Positions 8,899-18,456 of a stretch of DNA of 64,000 bases are shown in pieces. Made by a program: the position numbers and the translations under genes. The DNA comes from Klebsiella phage KMI7. Under the pieces are notes generated by a model, which ran no database searches, was not told the origin of the DNA, and saw only the letters and a list, made by a program, of their open reading frames with translations. The stretch lies in the sequence record MN101221.1. One strand, given 5' to 3'. Numbering within the stretch: position 1 is the stretch's first letter; every line of letters starts with the position of its first letter.

Positions 8899-10056
8899 TT
8901 ATAAAATTTCGTCGTTTTCTTCGATATCATCAAATGATTCTGGGATATCGTCATCATCCAGATCAGGATCTGGGATGCTATCAGTGCTGTATAAATCTTC
9001 CAGCGCGGAACCATCGCTGATTTCACGATCTGGGATCTTATACTTTTCTTCGATAGCTTTCAAGAATGGTTGATGAGTAAACAGAGGACGCCAGAATTCA
9101 ACGCTATTTGTTTCTGACTCACGCCATTTCTTTTCTTCAACTTCGAGTTCGCCAGTCTCAGTATTCAGGAAAGCGCGGTTGCGCCATCCTTTGGTTACGG
9201 TCTGTACAAAGTTCATTTCCATTGCCAGATCCAAAAGGCCAGAATACATACTAATACCGCCTTCATAGGTAACATGCAGCGGGAATTTTGATTTCTCTTT
9301 CACGAATCGAGATTTTTCGATGTTCATGATGAAATCATAACCCACTACCTCAGTACCTTCTTTCACCTGTTGTTTACCCAGGATGATCGCAGTATCAGCG
9401 GAATACATTAAACCAGTACCACCGGAAATAACTTTCTTGCTGTACATTTCTTGTGTGTCATAGGTATGACAGATACAAACCATCGGGATATCCAGGTCAG
9501 CCAGATAAGGCGTAACCATACGGAACATACCTTTTAATGCTTTTGCTCGCGTCATATCCTGTTTATCGTTATCAGACAGCGCGTCAGCAAGTTCTTTTTT
9601 ACTTGCCGTGTTGCCTACTGAGTCAACGAATACAATCACCTTATCACCGCGTTCAAGCGCGTTAAGCTGGCTTACAACGTCATTACGCAACTGCTCGACC
9701 GTCGTGATACGAGTATACACAACACGATCCGGATCAACACCCATTGATTTCAGATAGGATTTAGTAACACCTTTTTCTGAATCGTAGAACAGGCACACAG
9801 CATCTTCATACGTTTTGAGATAAGCCGCTACAGTCAGCAAACCTAAGTTGGATTTGAAGTGTTTGGACGGGCCAGCGAAAAGGGTAAGACCAGAAGTTAG
9901 GCCACCGTTAAACGCACCGGACAACGCCAGATTCAGAATCGGCACACGGGTTCGCGTGATGGTAATATTGTTGAATACGTCGCTTTCAGAAAGTACAGAT
10001 GCAGTTTGGCTATTCGAGTTTTTGATCAGTTTTTTTAGTAGTGCTTTGTTTGACAT
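8899..10056 (-). CDS. uvsX: UvsX recombinase (RecA family)
   Basis: 385 aa. Collinear with T4 UvsX: AGPSKHFKSN Walker A, DSVGN, MTRAK and the acidic C-terminus. Confidence 0.92.
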   Translation of the reverse strand: MSNKALLKKLIKNSNSQTASVLSESDVFNNITITRTRVPILNLALSGAFNGGLTSGLTLFAGPSKHFKSNLGLLTVAAYLKTYEDAVCLFYDSEKGVTKSYLKSMGVDPDRVVYTRITTVEQLRNDVVSQLNALERGDKVIVFVDSVGNTASKKELADALSDNDKQDMTRAKALKGMFRMVTPYLADLDIPMVCICHTYDTQEMYSKKVISGGTGLMYSADTAIILGKQQVKEGTEVVGYDFIMNIEKSRFVKEKSKFPLHVTYEGGISMYSGLLDLAMEMNFVQTVTKGWRNRAFLNTETGELEVEEKKWRESETNSVEFWRPLFTHQPFLKAIEEKYKIPDREISDGSALEDLYSTDSIPDPDLDDDDIPESFDDIEENDEIL

Positions 10057-10110
10057 TTAATTTTTCCGATTTATTCATTGTCATTCTATATATCTCACTA
10101 GTTAATGAAA

Positions 10111-10124
10111 GGGGCCGAAGCCCC
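10111..10124. other. GC tetraloop hairpin between gene 43 and uvsX
   Basis: ggggccgaagcccc followed on the minus-strand RNA by UUUCAUU. Confidence 0.45.
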
Positions 10125-10130
10125 TAGAGT

Positions 10131-12830
10131 TTACCAGTCACCAAACAGGTCGTTTAAACTGGCACGTTTTTCATAATCAATTTTACATACTTCTGTGATG
10201 TTAGTCAATGGACTAATAACATGTTTTTCAAACATACCCGGATAATCTACCCATGCGAGAATATCACTTTCGATCTCTGCTGGTAGTCTATTTCCGGATT
10301 GCCACGCGATGCAATCAGCTTGCCACGGGTTTTTATCCCTTAGTGGTAGAACCATTACCTTTTCACCTTCCATGATTGGCGTAACACCATCAATACAAGC
10401 AGTGAAACGGTTAAAGAACAGCACCCCTTTAATATGGTTTGGTGTTCCTTTTATTGGATATCCAGCCCCATCACGATATTTCGAAATGTTGTTGGCAGAT
10501 GATACACCAGCAATTTCCCTGTAGTCAAGTGCCTTATATTCTTCTTCGAACTTTTTATAATGTTCGTGCAAAGATAATTCACCTTCTTGCAGGATACGGC
10601 GGATCGCTTCTTTCAGGAATACTTTCACAGAGGTCGGAGTACTCGATCGCTGTGTTTCCATACCCATGATTTTCAATTTCGGTTTTTCATAGCGGGTTCC
10701 TTCGGAGTCCCACACGTTAGCCGCATATCGTTTTTTAGCAGTCCAGAAACTTCCCAACCCTTCGGAACCCAACGGAGGCCCAGAAATGATTTCACGATCC
10801 ATAAACATCAGGTGTTCCACGTTGTTCATGTATTCGCAAAGTTCACGATACCCTTTATCGATCATCGGTTCCATTCTTTCTTTAGCAAAGCGATCCAGGA
10901 AGTCAACCCAATGGTTATTATCCTTAAATTTAGCCTCACCGCCAACTTTTGCAATCACATTATCCATGCAAACATAAATGGAGTCAGTATCACAGTATCG
11001 AACGTATGCATGATCCGTAGTACCGCACAGGTCGTTAAGGTATTCGTTTACCTTACGTTCAATCCACTGGATAGCCAACTGCCCGAACATGGTGATCGCG
11101 CTGGCGTTTCGTAGATCGAAGTATCGGAAGTGTTCATTACCCAACGCACCATAAAGGGAGTTGATAGAAATCTTACGGTTAAGCTGTGCGGTGTTCGCTT
11201 GTGCGATCTTCTTCTCACACACGCGCTTAACTGCTTTAAGCATTTGTTTAGTAAGAGTTTTCAGAACTGCTTTCGATTCATCACTGAAATCTGTATAGAA
11301 ATCAAAATCAGGATCAACCATTTGGTTATGCGCGTCCGTTAAGTGTTCGAGTTCATGCTTGATGAGTTCAAGATTTCGCTCACCCGCCATCATTCGTTTT
11401 TTCCACATCTTACGCTGATCAAATACTTTCTTGATCTCTACTGGGATCACGCCTTTGATATCACGGCGGAACATCCACCCGTTAGGAGAACAGCTAAATT
11501 CATCGCTAGGGCGCGGCGCGGTCTTATTAATATACTCTTCAAGAGCACGTACCGCAAAACTTCCCATAATCGTTTCAGGGCTTATATTCACCTGTCGGAT
11601 GATGGAAGGGTACAGGCTTGTTAAGTCGAACGATACCATGTATTTGTAAGGCCCAGGAACAGGATCCTTCACAAATGCCCCAGGGTAAGGGGTTTTAGTA
11701 TGGCGTCTGTTTTCCGGAATAACAACCTTATCTTCACGCAGAGAGTTATAAATGATCGCGTCCCACGTTTTCAGTGGAGACATAACCCCAGGGAAGTTAA
11801 TTTTTGCATAGTACGCTACAGACAGAACCAGTTCAATAAAGTTTCGTTTACCATCGATATCAAGTACACGGATAACGTCAACAATGTTGTACGTGATGTA
11901 CAGTTGGTGATCTCGCTGTCGTAGTTCAGACAGGGAACCTTCATACTCAACTTTATTTTTACCAGTTTCGTATTCCGCGATCGCGTCCAGGCGGTAAGAT
12001 GGTTGCGGGGTAAAACTGAATTTCTTATACAGTGCCATACCATCCATTTGAGCAACGCCGGAAATGTCATATCCTAACTGTTCGTTGCCGTAAGCGTCGG
12101 TAGTGGTTCTGGCGGTTACTTTACCAAATGGGCTAAAATGCCTTACTACGTTTTGACCGAAAATGTTCAGGTATCGCGTGATGATATATGCAATATCGAA
12201 TTTGTCAGAGTTCCATCCGGTTACAATAACAGGGGTTCGCTCTTTCCAATCTTTGATATACGCAGACAATAACGACTTCTCGGTCTGGAAAGACCGATAA
12301 ACAATTTTGTTTAAATCTTCTTCGCTAATATCTTTTCGGTCAACGTTTGCCGCGCACCATTCAGCAAGACAACCCTCAACCAGATCGTATACATAGAATT
12401 TATCTTCGATGCTATCGTAATGGGTTATCGCATCGATTGGATATTTTGCTTCACGTGGATCCGGAAATTCTGGGGCGGTCACCTCGATATCGAGAGAAGC
12501 AATACGAATATGTTCGCGGTTGTATTCAATTTCATTCCGGTACATGTCAGAAATGTAAGCCAGTCGGTAATCATCCATACCTAGCGCTTCCATCCCAACA
12601 TCGCGCATACGTTGCATCCAGTTTTTAGCTTCTTTGATGCTGTCAAACTGTTTTTTGAGGCAAGGCTTGCCGTAAATGTCTTTGTAGGGGGTTTCTACGC
12701 CATTCATAGCGTGTTGATACATTACGGGCGCATATTTCGTCTTACGTACCTGTTCGGTGCCGTTAGAGTCAACGAAGCGCTCATAAATGGTATCTCCCAT
12801 TTGTTCAACTGATAGGTAAAATTCATTCAT
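10131..12830 (-). CDS. 43: DNA polymerase gp43 (family B)
   Basis: 899 aa. Exo motifs DIE and YNIVDV. Polymerase motifs SLYPSII, KxxxNSLYG and YCDTDS. Collinear with T4 gp43. Confidence 0.95.
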   Translation of the reverse strand: MNEFYLSVEQMGDTIYERFVDSNGTEQVRKTKYAPVMYQHAMNGVETPYKDIYGKPCLKKQFDSIKEAKNWMQRMRDVGMEALGMDDYRLAYISDMYRNEIEYNREHIRIASLDIEVTAPEFPDPREAKYPIDAITHYDSIEDKFYVYDLVEGCLAEWCAANVDRKDISEEDLNKIVYRSFQTEKSLLSAYIKDWKERTPVIVTGWNSDKFDIAYIITRYLNIFGQNVVRHFSPFGKVTARTTTDAYGNEQLGYDISGVAQMDGMALYKKFSFTPQPSYRLDAIAEYETGKNKVEYEGSLSELRQRDHQLYITYNIVDVIRVLDIDGKRNFIELVLSVAYYAKINFPGVMSPLKTWDAIIYNSLREDKVVIPENRRHTKTPYPGAFVKDPVPGPYKYMVSFDLTSLYPSIIRQVNISPETIMGSFAVRALEEYINKTAPRPSDEFSCSPNGWMFRRDIKGVIPVEIKKVFDQRKMWKKRMMAGERNLELIKHELEHLTDAHNQMVDPDFDFYTDFSDESKAVLKTLTKQMLKAVKRVCEKKIAQANTAQLNRKISINSLYGALGNEHFRYFDLRNASAITMFGQLAIQWIERKVNEYLNDLCGTTDHAYVRYCDTDSIYVCMDNVIAKVGGEAKFKDNNHWVDFLDRFAKERMEPMIDKGYRELCEYMNNVEHLMFMDREIISGPPLGSEGLGSFWTAKKRYAANVWDSEGTRYEKPKLKIMGMETQRSSTPTSVKVFLKEAIRRILQEGELSLHEHYKKFEEEYKALDYREIAGVSSANNISKYRDGAGYPIKGTPNHIKGVLFFNRFTACIDGVTPIMEGEKVMVLPLRDKNPWQADCIAWQSGNRLPAEIESDILAWVDYPGMFEKHVISPLTNITEVCKIDYEKRASLNDLFGDW

Positions 12831-12876
12831 TGGATCTTGTCTTCTCCATTAATATAATGTTCCATTGTAACACCAC

Positions 12877-13206
12877 CTACAGCAAATTCAAGTTTACTCG
12901 ATGTTCTAAAACCAATAACCCTTCTGCTAACAAGTCACGGATCTTTCTCAGTTGAACAAGCTGGCGTTCAAGTTTAAACCCGTCGAATAACATGCTAAAA
13001 ATACTGGAATTGATACTATGATATTTTGCTTCTGCAATGCCCTGGTTAACCATCATGATAGCTTTGTTAACCAGTAGTTTCCTTTCCGTTACTGTATGTT
13101 CATCCAGTTGACAGGTTGCAAGGGAAACCAGATCATCATAAGCACGTTGATCAATAACGTTATCCATACGGGCCGCGAAAATTTTATTCATGTAAGTGCG
13201 GATCAT
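12877..13206 (-). CDS. hypothetical protein (109 aa)
   Basis: ORF inserted between gene 43 and regA. No T4 counterpart at this position. Confidence 0.45.
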   Translation of the reverse strand: MIRTYMNKIFAARMDNVIDQRAYDDLVSLATCQLDEHTVTERKLLVNKAIMMVNQGIAEAKYHSINSSIFSMLFDGFKLERQLVQLRKIRDLLAEGLLVLEHRVNLNLL

Positions 13207-13490
13207 TGCGCGTCCTCCATTCTTTTCATAAAGACTTCTTTTGCTTGTTGGATCAAGTCCAGAGATTTTTTAATACGCTCATAGAAATGAGTGGTTTCAA
13301 CTTGATTGCATAACAACGTGTACTCTGAAATGTTACGATCGTAAAATCCAGGAAAGTAATGTTGTGCATAGCTGTAAGTGCGGGTATCTGACAGATTGCA
13401 AGTTAACGATAACAAGATGTCATCTTTTACAATCGGGATGATCAAAGTTTCGTTGGATTTGATTGAATCCATGATTTCGTTAATAGTCAT
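13203..13490 (-). CDS. hypothetical protein (95 aa)
   Basis: First ORF downstream of the promoter/stem-loop cassette at 13505-13557. SD GAGAGGGA. Confidence 0.45.
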   Translation of the reverse strand: MTINEIMDSIKSNETLIIPIVKDDILLSLTCNLSDTRTYSYAQHYFPGFYDRNISEYTLLCNQVETTHFYERIKKSLDLIQQAKEVFMKRMEDAQ

Positions 13491-13518
13491 AATATATCCC
13501 TCTCAATGGTGTACACCC

Positions 13519-13552
13519 AATATAACAAAGCCCCTGCACGAATGCAAGGGCT
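13519..13552 (-). promoter_or_regulatory. promoter/stem-loop cassette between regA and inserted ORFs (TTGCAT-17-TATATT with embedded hairpin)
   Basis: aatataacaaagcccctgcacgaatgcaagggcttttt. The hairpin follows the regA stop. -35 lies in the loop and the -10 precedes the SD of ORF 13203..13490. Confidence 0.55.
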
Positions 13553-13558
13553 TTTTGA

Positions 13559-13921
13559 TTAGTGACCGATCCGGTACTTGTACTTGAGGATCCAATCTGC
13601 TTTTTGCGAGTGAGTCAGTACGCGGAAGTTGTTTTCTTCTGCAAACTTCAACCCAGGGGTTACGATCTTAACCATGCCCCACTCTTCGAGAAGTCGCGCA
13701 ATGTTGTTCCGGCGTAGTTCGTCTTCTTCCGTCATATCGACTTGACGACCATCGAGTTTCAACAGTTCTTTAAAATGCACGATAAAATACTTACCTTGCT
13801 TTTTCAGAATGTGACACGATTGCCAGAGCATTTTCTTTTTGTTGTTTGCAATACCAATACGGGTTAGCGTTTCACGGATCTTTAAAAAAGAATCGTCGCT
13901 GATTAGTTGAATTTCTAACAT
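13559..13921 (-). CDS. regA: translational repressor RegA
   Basis: 120 aa. Close match to my recall of T4 RegA (LTRMGIANN, QSCHIL, YYIVHFKE). Confidence 0.85.
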   Translation of the reverse strand: MLEIQLISDDSFLKIRETLTRIGIANNKKKMLWQSCHILKKQGKYFIVHFKELLKLDGRQVDMTEEDELRRNNIARLLEEWGMVKIVTPGLKFAEENNFRVLTHSQKADWILKYKYRIGH

Positions 13922-13924
13922 ACA

Positions 13925-14488
13925 TCACCATTGTTTAATCAATTTTTCCAATTTCTTTTGTTCAGCTTTGTTTTTCACAATACCCAACAAAGACAGAGCG
14001 ACCTTTGCGTGTTTTCTTTTCCAATCCTCGAACATTCCGAGGTCTTTAAGTTCCTGCAAATATTCCATCGCTGTACGTGTATTTACACTGTATTTTTCGC
14101 GAAGGATTTCGATAATAATTTTCTCTTCAAAATCTTCCGATAGTTTAGCCCATGCACCGAAGCGTTTAGCCTTCCTAACAGAGTTGAGATAATAGTTATA
14201 GTGCATTTGGTCAGAGATACTACCGCCTACCAGATTCATCACATACGCGTTGTATATCGTGTCTATGTGCTGGCTCATTGCGTTGTCTACAAAGTACTTA
14301 TCATACACTTCATCGATAACCAACGGCGTTTTGCCGTTGTTGATTTCGTCTATGATGTTAAACAAGGTGTTTTCTTTATCCTTGCCGTACTCTTTGACCA
14401 GTTCTTCAACCTTATCCCAATCTTTAGAAAGCCAAGCGGATTCATGCGGGGATAACTCTTCTTCATCCAGAAATTCCGCCAGGCTCAT
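13925..14488 (-). CDS. 62: clamp-loader small subunit gp62
   Basis: 187 aa. Positioned between regA and gene 44 as in T4. Size matches. Confidence 0.75.
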   Translation of the reverse strand: MSLAEFLDEEELSPHESAWLSKDWDKVEELVKEYGKDKENTLFNIIDEINNGKTPLVIDEVYDKYFVDNAMSQHIDTIYNAYVMNLVGGSISDQMHYNYYLNSVRKAKRFGAWAKLSEDFEEKIIIEILREKYSVNTRTAMEYLQELKDLGMFEDWKRKHAKVALSLLGIVKNKAEQKKLEKLIKQW

Positions 14489-14490
14489 GA

Positions 14491-15489
14491 TTACGCCTCC
14501 CAGACCATAGAAAGCATCAGGTTCATCAACAGATATTGCAGATGAATTTCTTTATTCATCGCCAGCCCGTATTGCGCGTTGTTTTCGCCTACAATCTGGA
14601 TCAGTGCGATTTTCGAATCCTGATTCACGATAGGGTAAATCGTATCAGTCAATTTTCCGATAAAGGTATCGTATTCTGACGCATATTTAATAACCTCAGA
14701 GCGCAACCCTTTATAGTTCTTTTCTTTCAACAGGGTAATGATATGAGACACATCAGAACCAACGATCTCATTTAGGATCCCCGCATCAATTTCACCACGT
14801 TTCGAGTAGAACCCGATCGCTTTGATAATAGAACGCGCATCCGGATAATGCTCTTTAACAAACGCTGCAATGACTTTAGGATCATACTTGATATTCTCGA
14901 TTTCAAGGATACCGAAACAACGCTTGATTAACTGTTTCATCAGTTCGATACGTTCAGCATCAGACGGAACACCGAATTTAACAGGAGGACAACGAGAAAG
15001 CAGAGCACTATGCACACCGTTAATGTTGTTCGCCGTTACAATAACAGAAACGTTTTTACTGTATGCTTCGATAAAGCTACGCAAGTGTTTCTGTGCTTCC
15101 GCCATACCAGAACGATCGAATTCATCAATGATGATAATCTTTCCGCCCGGTTTCTGCGTCATTGATGAAGCAAAACGATCCAGTTCATTACGAATGAAGT
15201 TTACACCACAGTTCGAACCGTTGACAAAGAACACCTCAGCATCAACCTCACGGGCCAACACAAGCGCGAGGGTCGTTTTACCAGTGCCAGGGGAATCAGA
15301 TACAAGGGTCATGTTCTCAACACGCCCAGATTTGATTATGCCCCGCATAGCGGCTTTGTCACCAGAAGGTAAAATACACTCTTCAATCGTTGTTGGGCGA
15401 TAGCGCTGATCCCATGCAAATTCATCAGGAGATCGGGAGATTTTACCGTATTTGGTTTCGATGATTTCAATATTTTCACTAAGTTCCAT
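14491..15489 (-). CDS. 44: clamp-loader ATPase gp44 (AAA+)
   Basis: 332 aa. Walker A SPGTGKTT, Walker B IIIDEFD, SRC-like motif LLSRCP. Confidence 0.9.
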   Translation of the reverse strand: MELSENIEIIETKYGKISRSPDEFAWDQRYRPTTIEECILPSGDKAAMRGIIKSGRVENMTLVSDSPGTGKTTLALVLAREVDAEVFFVNGSNCGVNFIRNELDRFASSMTQKPGGKIIIIDEFDRSGMAEAQKHLRSFIEAYSKNVSVIVTANNINGVHSALLSRCPPVKFGVPSDAERIELMKQLIKRCFGILEIENIKYDPKVIAAFVKEHYPDARSIIKAIGFYSKRGEIDAGILNEIVGSDVSHIITLLKEKNYKGLRSEVIKYASEYDTFIGKLTDTIYPIVNQDSKIALIQIVGENNAQYGLAMNKEIHLQYLLMNLMLSMVWEA

Positions 15490-15520
15490 AATATACCTTC
15501 AAAATAAATGGTGTAAAAGA

Positions 15521-15538
15521 AAGGGGCCGTAGCCCCTT
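15521..15538. other. GC hairpin between genes 45 and 44
   Basis: aaggggccgtagcccctt. Confidence 0.45.
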
Positions 15539-15547
15539 AAAACTATC

Positions 15548-16213
15548 TTACTTGAATGTGCTACTTGCTTCAAGTACGACGACGTAAGCAACGCCGTTAT
15601 CAGAAGAGAATTTTGCGGCCCCTTTTGAGGAAATCTCTACTTTGTAATCGCTGTTGATGAACTGCATGTTATCAATCTTCATATCGAAATTGAAAACATT
15701 GTCACCTTCATACTCACCGACTTCAACGGAGAAAGTTGATTGACTTTCTTTGCTTTTCGCGGTGATGACCAGTTTACCATCAATCGGTTCAACGGACAGG
15801 TCGGTCAGTTTCATCATGCGAGACGCTTTGATCAGTTTTTCGAAATCGTTAGCGGTAATCTGGAAAATCAGATCTGCTACTGGCATCACCAGACGTTTTT
15901 TTGGTTTCGGGATCGTTGTTGCGTCTGCTGAACGTTCGATGATCTTCATCTTATCGCCGCGAATCACGATTTCACCAGTGGAAATATCATGAGTGATTTC
16001 CGCGTCAGTGCCGACGATGTTCAGCATGTTCAGGAATGAGTTGAGATCGTAGATACCAACATCTTCATCAATCACATCAGCAATTTCAGCTTCTGCGTAT
16101 ACAACGCTGTTGATTGATTTCGTCATGATGAATGAACCTTTGGTCAGCATGATCGAAGAGTTGATTTGAGAAAAGTTTTTCAGGATATCAATAGTTTGTT
16201 TAGAGAATTTCAT
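15548..16213 (-). CDS. 45: sliding clamp gp45
   Basis: 221 aa. Collinear with T4 gp45 (INSSIML, FNFDMK, ending YVVVLEASSTF). Confidence 0.88.
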   Translation of the reverse strand: MKFSKQTIDILKNFSQINSSIMLTKGSFIMTKSINSVVYAEAEIADVIDEDVGIYDLNSFLNMLNIVGTDAEITHDISTGEIVIRGDKMKIIERSADATTIPKPKKRLVMPVADLIFQITANDFEKLIKASRMMKLTDLSVEPIDGKLVITAKSKESQSTFSVEVGEYEGDNVFNFDMKIDNMQFINSDYKVEISSKGAAKFSSDNGVAYVVVLEASSTFK

Positions 16214-16239
16214 ATTCAGCCTTTAGTTTTCAATAAGTG

Positions 16240-16509
16240 TTACTTAATAAGTGATTTTACAACGGTTTCCGCTGCGGTGTCAAGCATATCAGCCATTTCT
16301 TTAACGGTTGTACGCTTCGGATCTTCGCGGCGTTCGCTGGTAAGTTTACGATGTTCCGCAACCACTTTTTCATCAATGTCACGATAGTGTTTAAAACGTT
16401 CCTCTTGAGGCATAGCTTTAAACAGTTCTTTGGTTTCGTCCGAGAGTTTAGCAACCCAGGATTTACGGACGCGGTTCATGTAGTCAACAAAAACATTACT
16501 TTCATTCAT
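16240..16509 (-). CDS. hypothetical protein (89 aa), highly charged
   Basis: ORF between genes 45 and 32. No motif. Confidence 0.45.
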   Translation of the reverse strand: MNESNVFVDYMNRVRKSWVAKLSDETKELFKAMPQEERFKHYRDIDEKVVAEHRKLTSERREDPKRTTVKEMADMLDTAAETVVKSLIK

Positions 16510-16542
16510 ATATTTCTTCTCTAACTTAGAATTCTTTGAGTG

Positions 16543-16558
16543 GGGGCCGAAGCCCCCG
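16543..16558. other. GC tetraloop hairpin downstream of gene 32
   Basis: gggggccgaagccccc. Confidence 0.45.
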
Positions 16559-16564
16559 CTTGTA

Positions 16565-17536
16565 TTACATGTCTAACAGTTTATCCAGGTCATCATCACC
16601 GGAGCTATCAGAATCATCCAGATCGAACGGTACGCCGTCATCTTCGCCTACCGGAACCGATGCAACACCACCAGATGATTTCACATCAGATGTCTGATTG
16701 TCAAACTTAGCCATTTCGTTATCGAAGTTGCTCAGTTCGCTATCAAGGTCAGCGGAAGCACTGGAACCAGCAGAACCGATCGAACTACCCATAACTTTAT
16801 TGAAGCGAGTAGTCAGGTCAGCCAGCGATTTGAATTCGCTTTCGGCGGTGATCGGGCGGAGATCGCTCATACCTTCGAAAATTGCTTTCTGAACTTCTTC
16901 ATCGTCGATGTTTTTGATCTTAGCCGGAACACCAAACGAGCTATCGTCATAGTTAGGCCAATCACCAACTTTTTTCGCTTTCAGGGTGAAGTTAGCACCA
17001 TCAAACGGACAGGTTACAGCAATACCCGGTTCATCAAGTTCTGGATTACCGTTAATTGCGGCGGTGATCTTGTCCATGATTTTCTTACCGAAGCGATATT
17101 TGAACACCTTACCTTCGTTTTCTGGAGCGCCTGGGTCTTTAACGATCAGGACGTTAGCCCAGAAACTTTGTTTACGACCGATCTGGCTCAGTAGTTTATC
17201 TTCTGGCCCGTTTTTGTTGGCTTTAGCCTTCTCATACAGATCGTTTTCAGAAATGTACTTACATGCAGGACAGCCGTCATAATCGCCGTGGGTAGAGGAA
17301 CAGTTCTCAATGTACCACTGGTTGTTTTTCTTGAAAGAGTGGCTCACGATACGGACGAACGCCAGTTCATCATCGGAACGTGCTGGGAGGAATCGAATAA
17401 CGGCGGAACCGTTTTTCTGTGCGTCCAGGGTCAGTTTCCATTCTTTCTCATCTTTCTGGAAGCCGGAACCACCTTTCAGATTTGCTACCTGTGCCTGGAG
17501 TTTAGCGGGATCTTGACGTTTAAAAATGCTGCTCAT
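16565..17536 (-). CDS. 32: single-stranded DNA-binding protein gp32
   Basis: 323 aa. Zn site CSSTHGDYDGCPAC. KVFKYRFGKKI conserved. Acidic C-terminus. Confidence 0.9.
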   Translation of the reverse strand: MSSIFKRQDPAKLQAQVANLKGGSGFQKDEKEWKLTLDAQKNGSAVIRFLPARSDDELAFVRIVSHSFKKNNQWYIENCSSTHGDYDGCPACKYISENDLYEKAKANKNGPEDKLLSQIGRKQSFWANVLIVKDPGAPENEGKVFKYRFGKKIMDKITAAINGNPELDEPGIAVTCPFDGANFTLKAKKVGDWPNYDDSSFGVPAKIKNIDDEEVQKAIFEGMSDLRPITAESEFKSLADLTTRFNKVMGSSIGSAGSSASADLDSELSNFDNEMAKFDNQTSDVKSSGGVASVPVGEDDGVPFDLDDSDSSGDDDLDKLLDM

Positions 17537-17551
17537 ATTCTGTTTTCTCGT

Positions 17552-18211
17552 TTAGTTTAGTTTGATTAACGTTTGTTTCATTAAGTTTCGATATTTTATG
17601 ATATCTTTTTCAGTAAGGTCAAATATTTTTCTGTATGCCTTTAACTTAATGCTAAAGTCAGACCAAATAATATCATCAGCTACTTGATCGTGTTTATTTA
17701 TGATACCTAAAAATGAGTCAAAAATCAAAAACGATTCGTAAGATATCACATTTGACAGGACAAGTTTGCTTATGTAGGACGTTGATGATTTTTCGCTGTA
17801 CTTGAACACCAGAGACACGGGGATCTCTTTCATTTTGGCGAATTCGTACACGTTTTTAACGTCATCCACAAACACGTTATCTAGTCTTTGTAATTTTCCT
17901 ATGTACTGCCTGTAAAAGACAATACTATCTTCATCAACATCGCCTACCCAGAAATCCGGATTGGCTACGAAGTTGGAGAGGAATATAAAATAGATTTCTT
18001 TGAATGTAAAGCGTTGAGCTAATTTTACAAAGAAATATCTATCCTTTCGCTTGTTAAAGGCGTTTTCACTAACTTTGATCTGCCAGTTGTATTGAAGGAC
18101 ATCAAAACGCCCCTGGAAATGAGTTTTCATCGCCAGATATAACTTGTATACAGACAAAGGCACAAGCCGTGAATTCGCCTCACTATCAGCAAACGGAGCT
18201 TTAAATCTCAC
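17552..18211 (-). CDS. 59: helicase loader gp59
   Basis: 219 aa. Collinear with T4 gp59 (VYKLYL, KYDV..YNW, DRYFF, SNLVAN). Confidence 0.85.
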   Translation of the reverse strand: MRFKAPFADSEANSRLVPLSVYKLYLAMKTHFQGRFDVLQYNWQIKVSENAFNKRKDRYFFVKLAQRFTFKEIYFIFLSNFVANPDFWVGDVDEDSIVFYRQYIGKLQRLDNVFVDDVKNVYEFAKMKEIPVSLVFKYSEKSSTSYISKLVLSNVISYESFLIFDSFLGIINKHDQVADDIIWSDFSIKLKAYRKIFDLTEKDIIKYRNLMKQTLIKLN

Positions 18212-18453
18212 ATGAAGCCGTCCAGAGTGGTTGATGAACTATGTTCAAGCGCAACCGATGGGCGAAGCATGTTTCCTTTGATCGCTTCGTCGCTAATCTT
18301 ATCAAGGATCGCGCGAGGAACCGTTTTATTCAGCATCGCATAATCAATGGAATTTTCATCCATCCATTGTAGCGTTGCTTCCATGTAGGTTGCCCCCTCA
18401 GAGGCAACCAGATTTTCGATATACAAACCGACTTCGGTCTTATTTCCGATCAT
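18208..18453 (-). CDS. 33: late transcription co-activator gp33 (putative)
   Basis: 81 aa. Position between 59 and dsbA as in T4. Weak C-terminal similarity. Confidence 0.5.
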   Translation of the reverse strand: MIGNKTEVGLYIENLVASEGATYMEATLQWMDENSIDYAMLNKTVPRAILDKISDEAIKGNMLRPSVALEHSSSTTLDGFM

Positions 18454-18456
18454 GCT

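Noticed and set aside
10057-10130. Hidden gene 42 / beta-gt / imm between uvsX and gene 43
   Set aside because: Only 74 nt separate the two genes. There is no room for a gene, only a GC hairpin.
10309-12812. Several plus-strand ORFs (71-175 aa) inside the DNA polymerase gene region
   Set aside because: They are antisense to the strongly supported gp43 reading frame and lack SD sequences. They have the typical look of spurious shadow ORFs.
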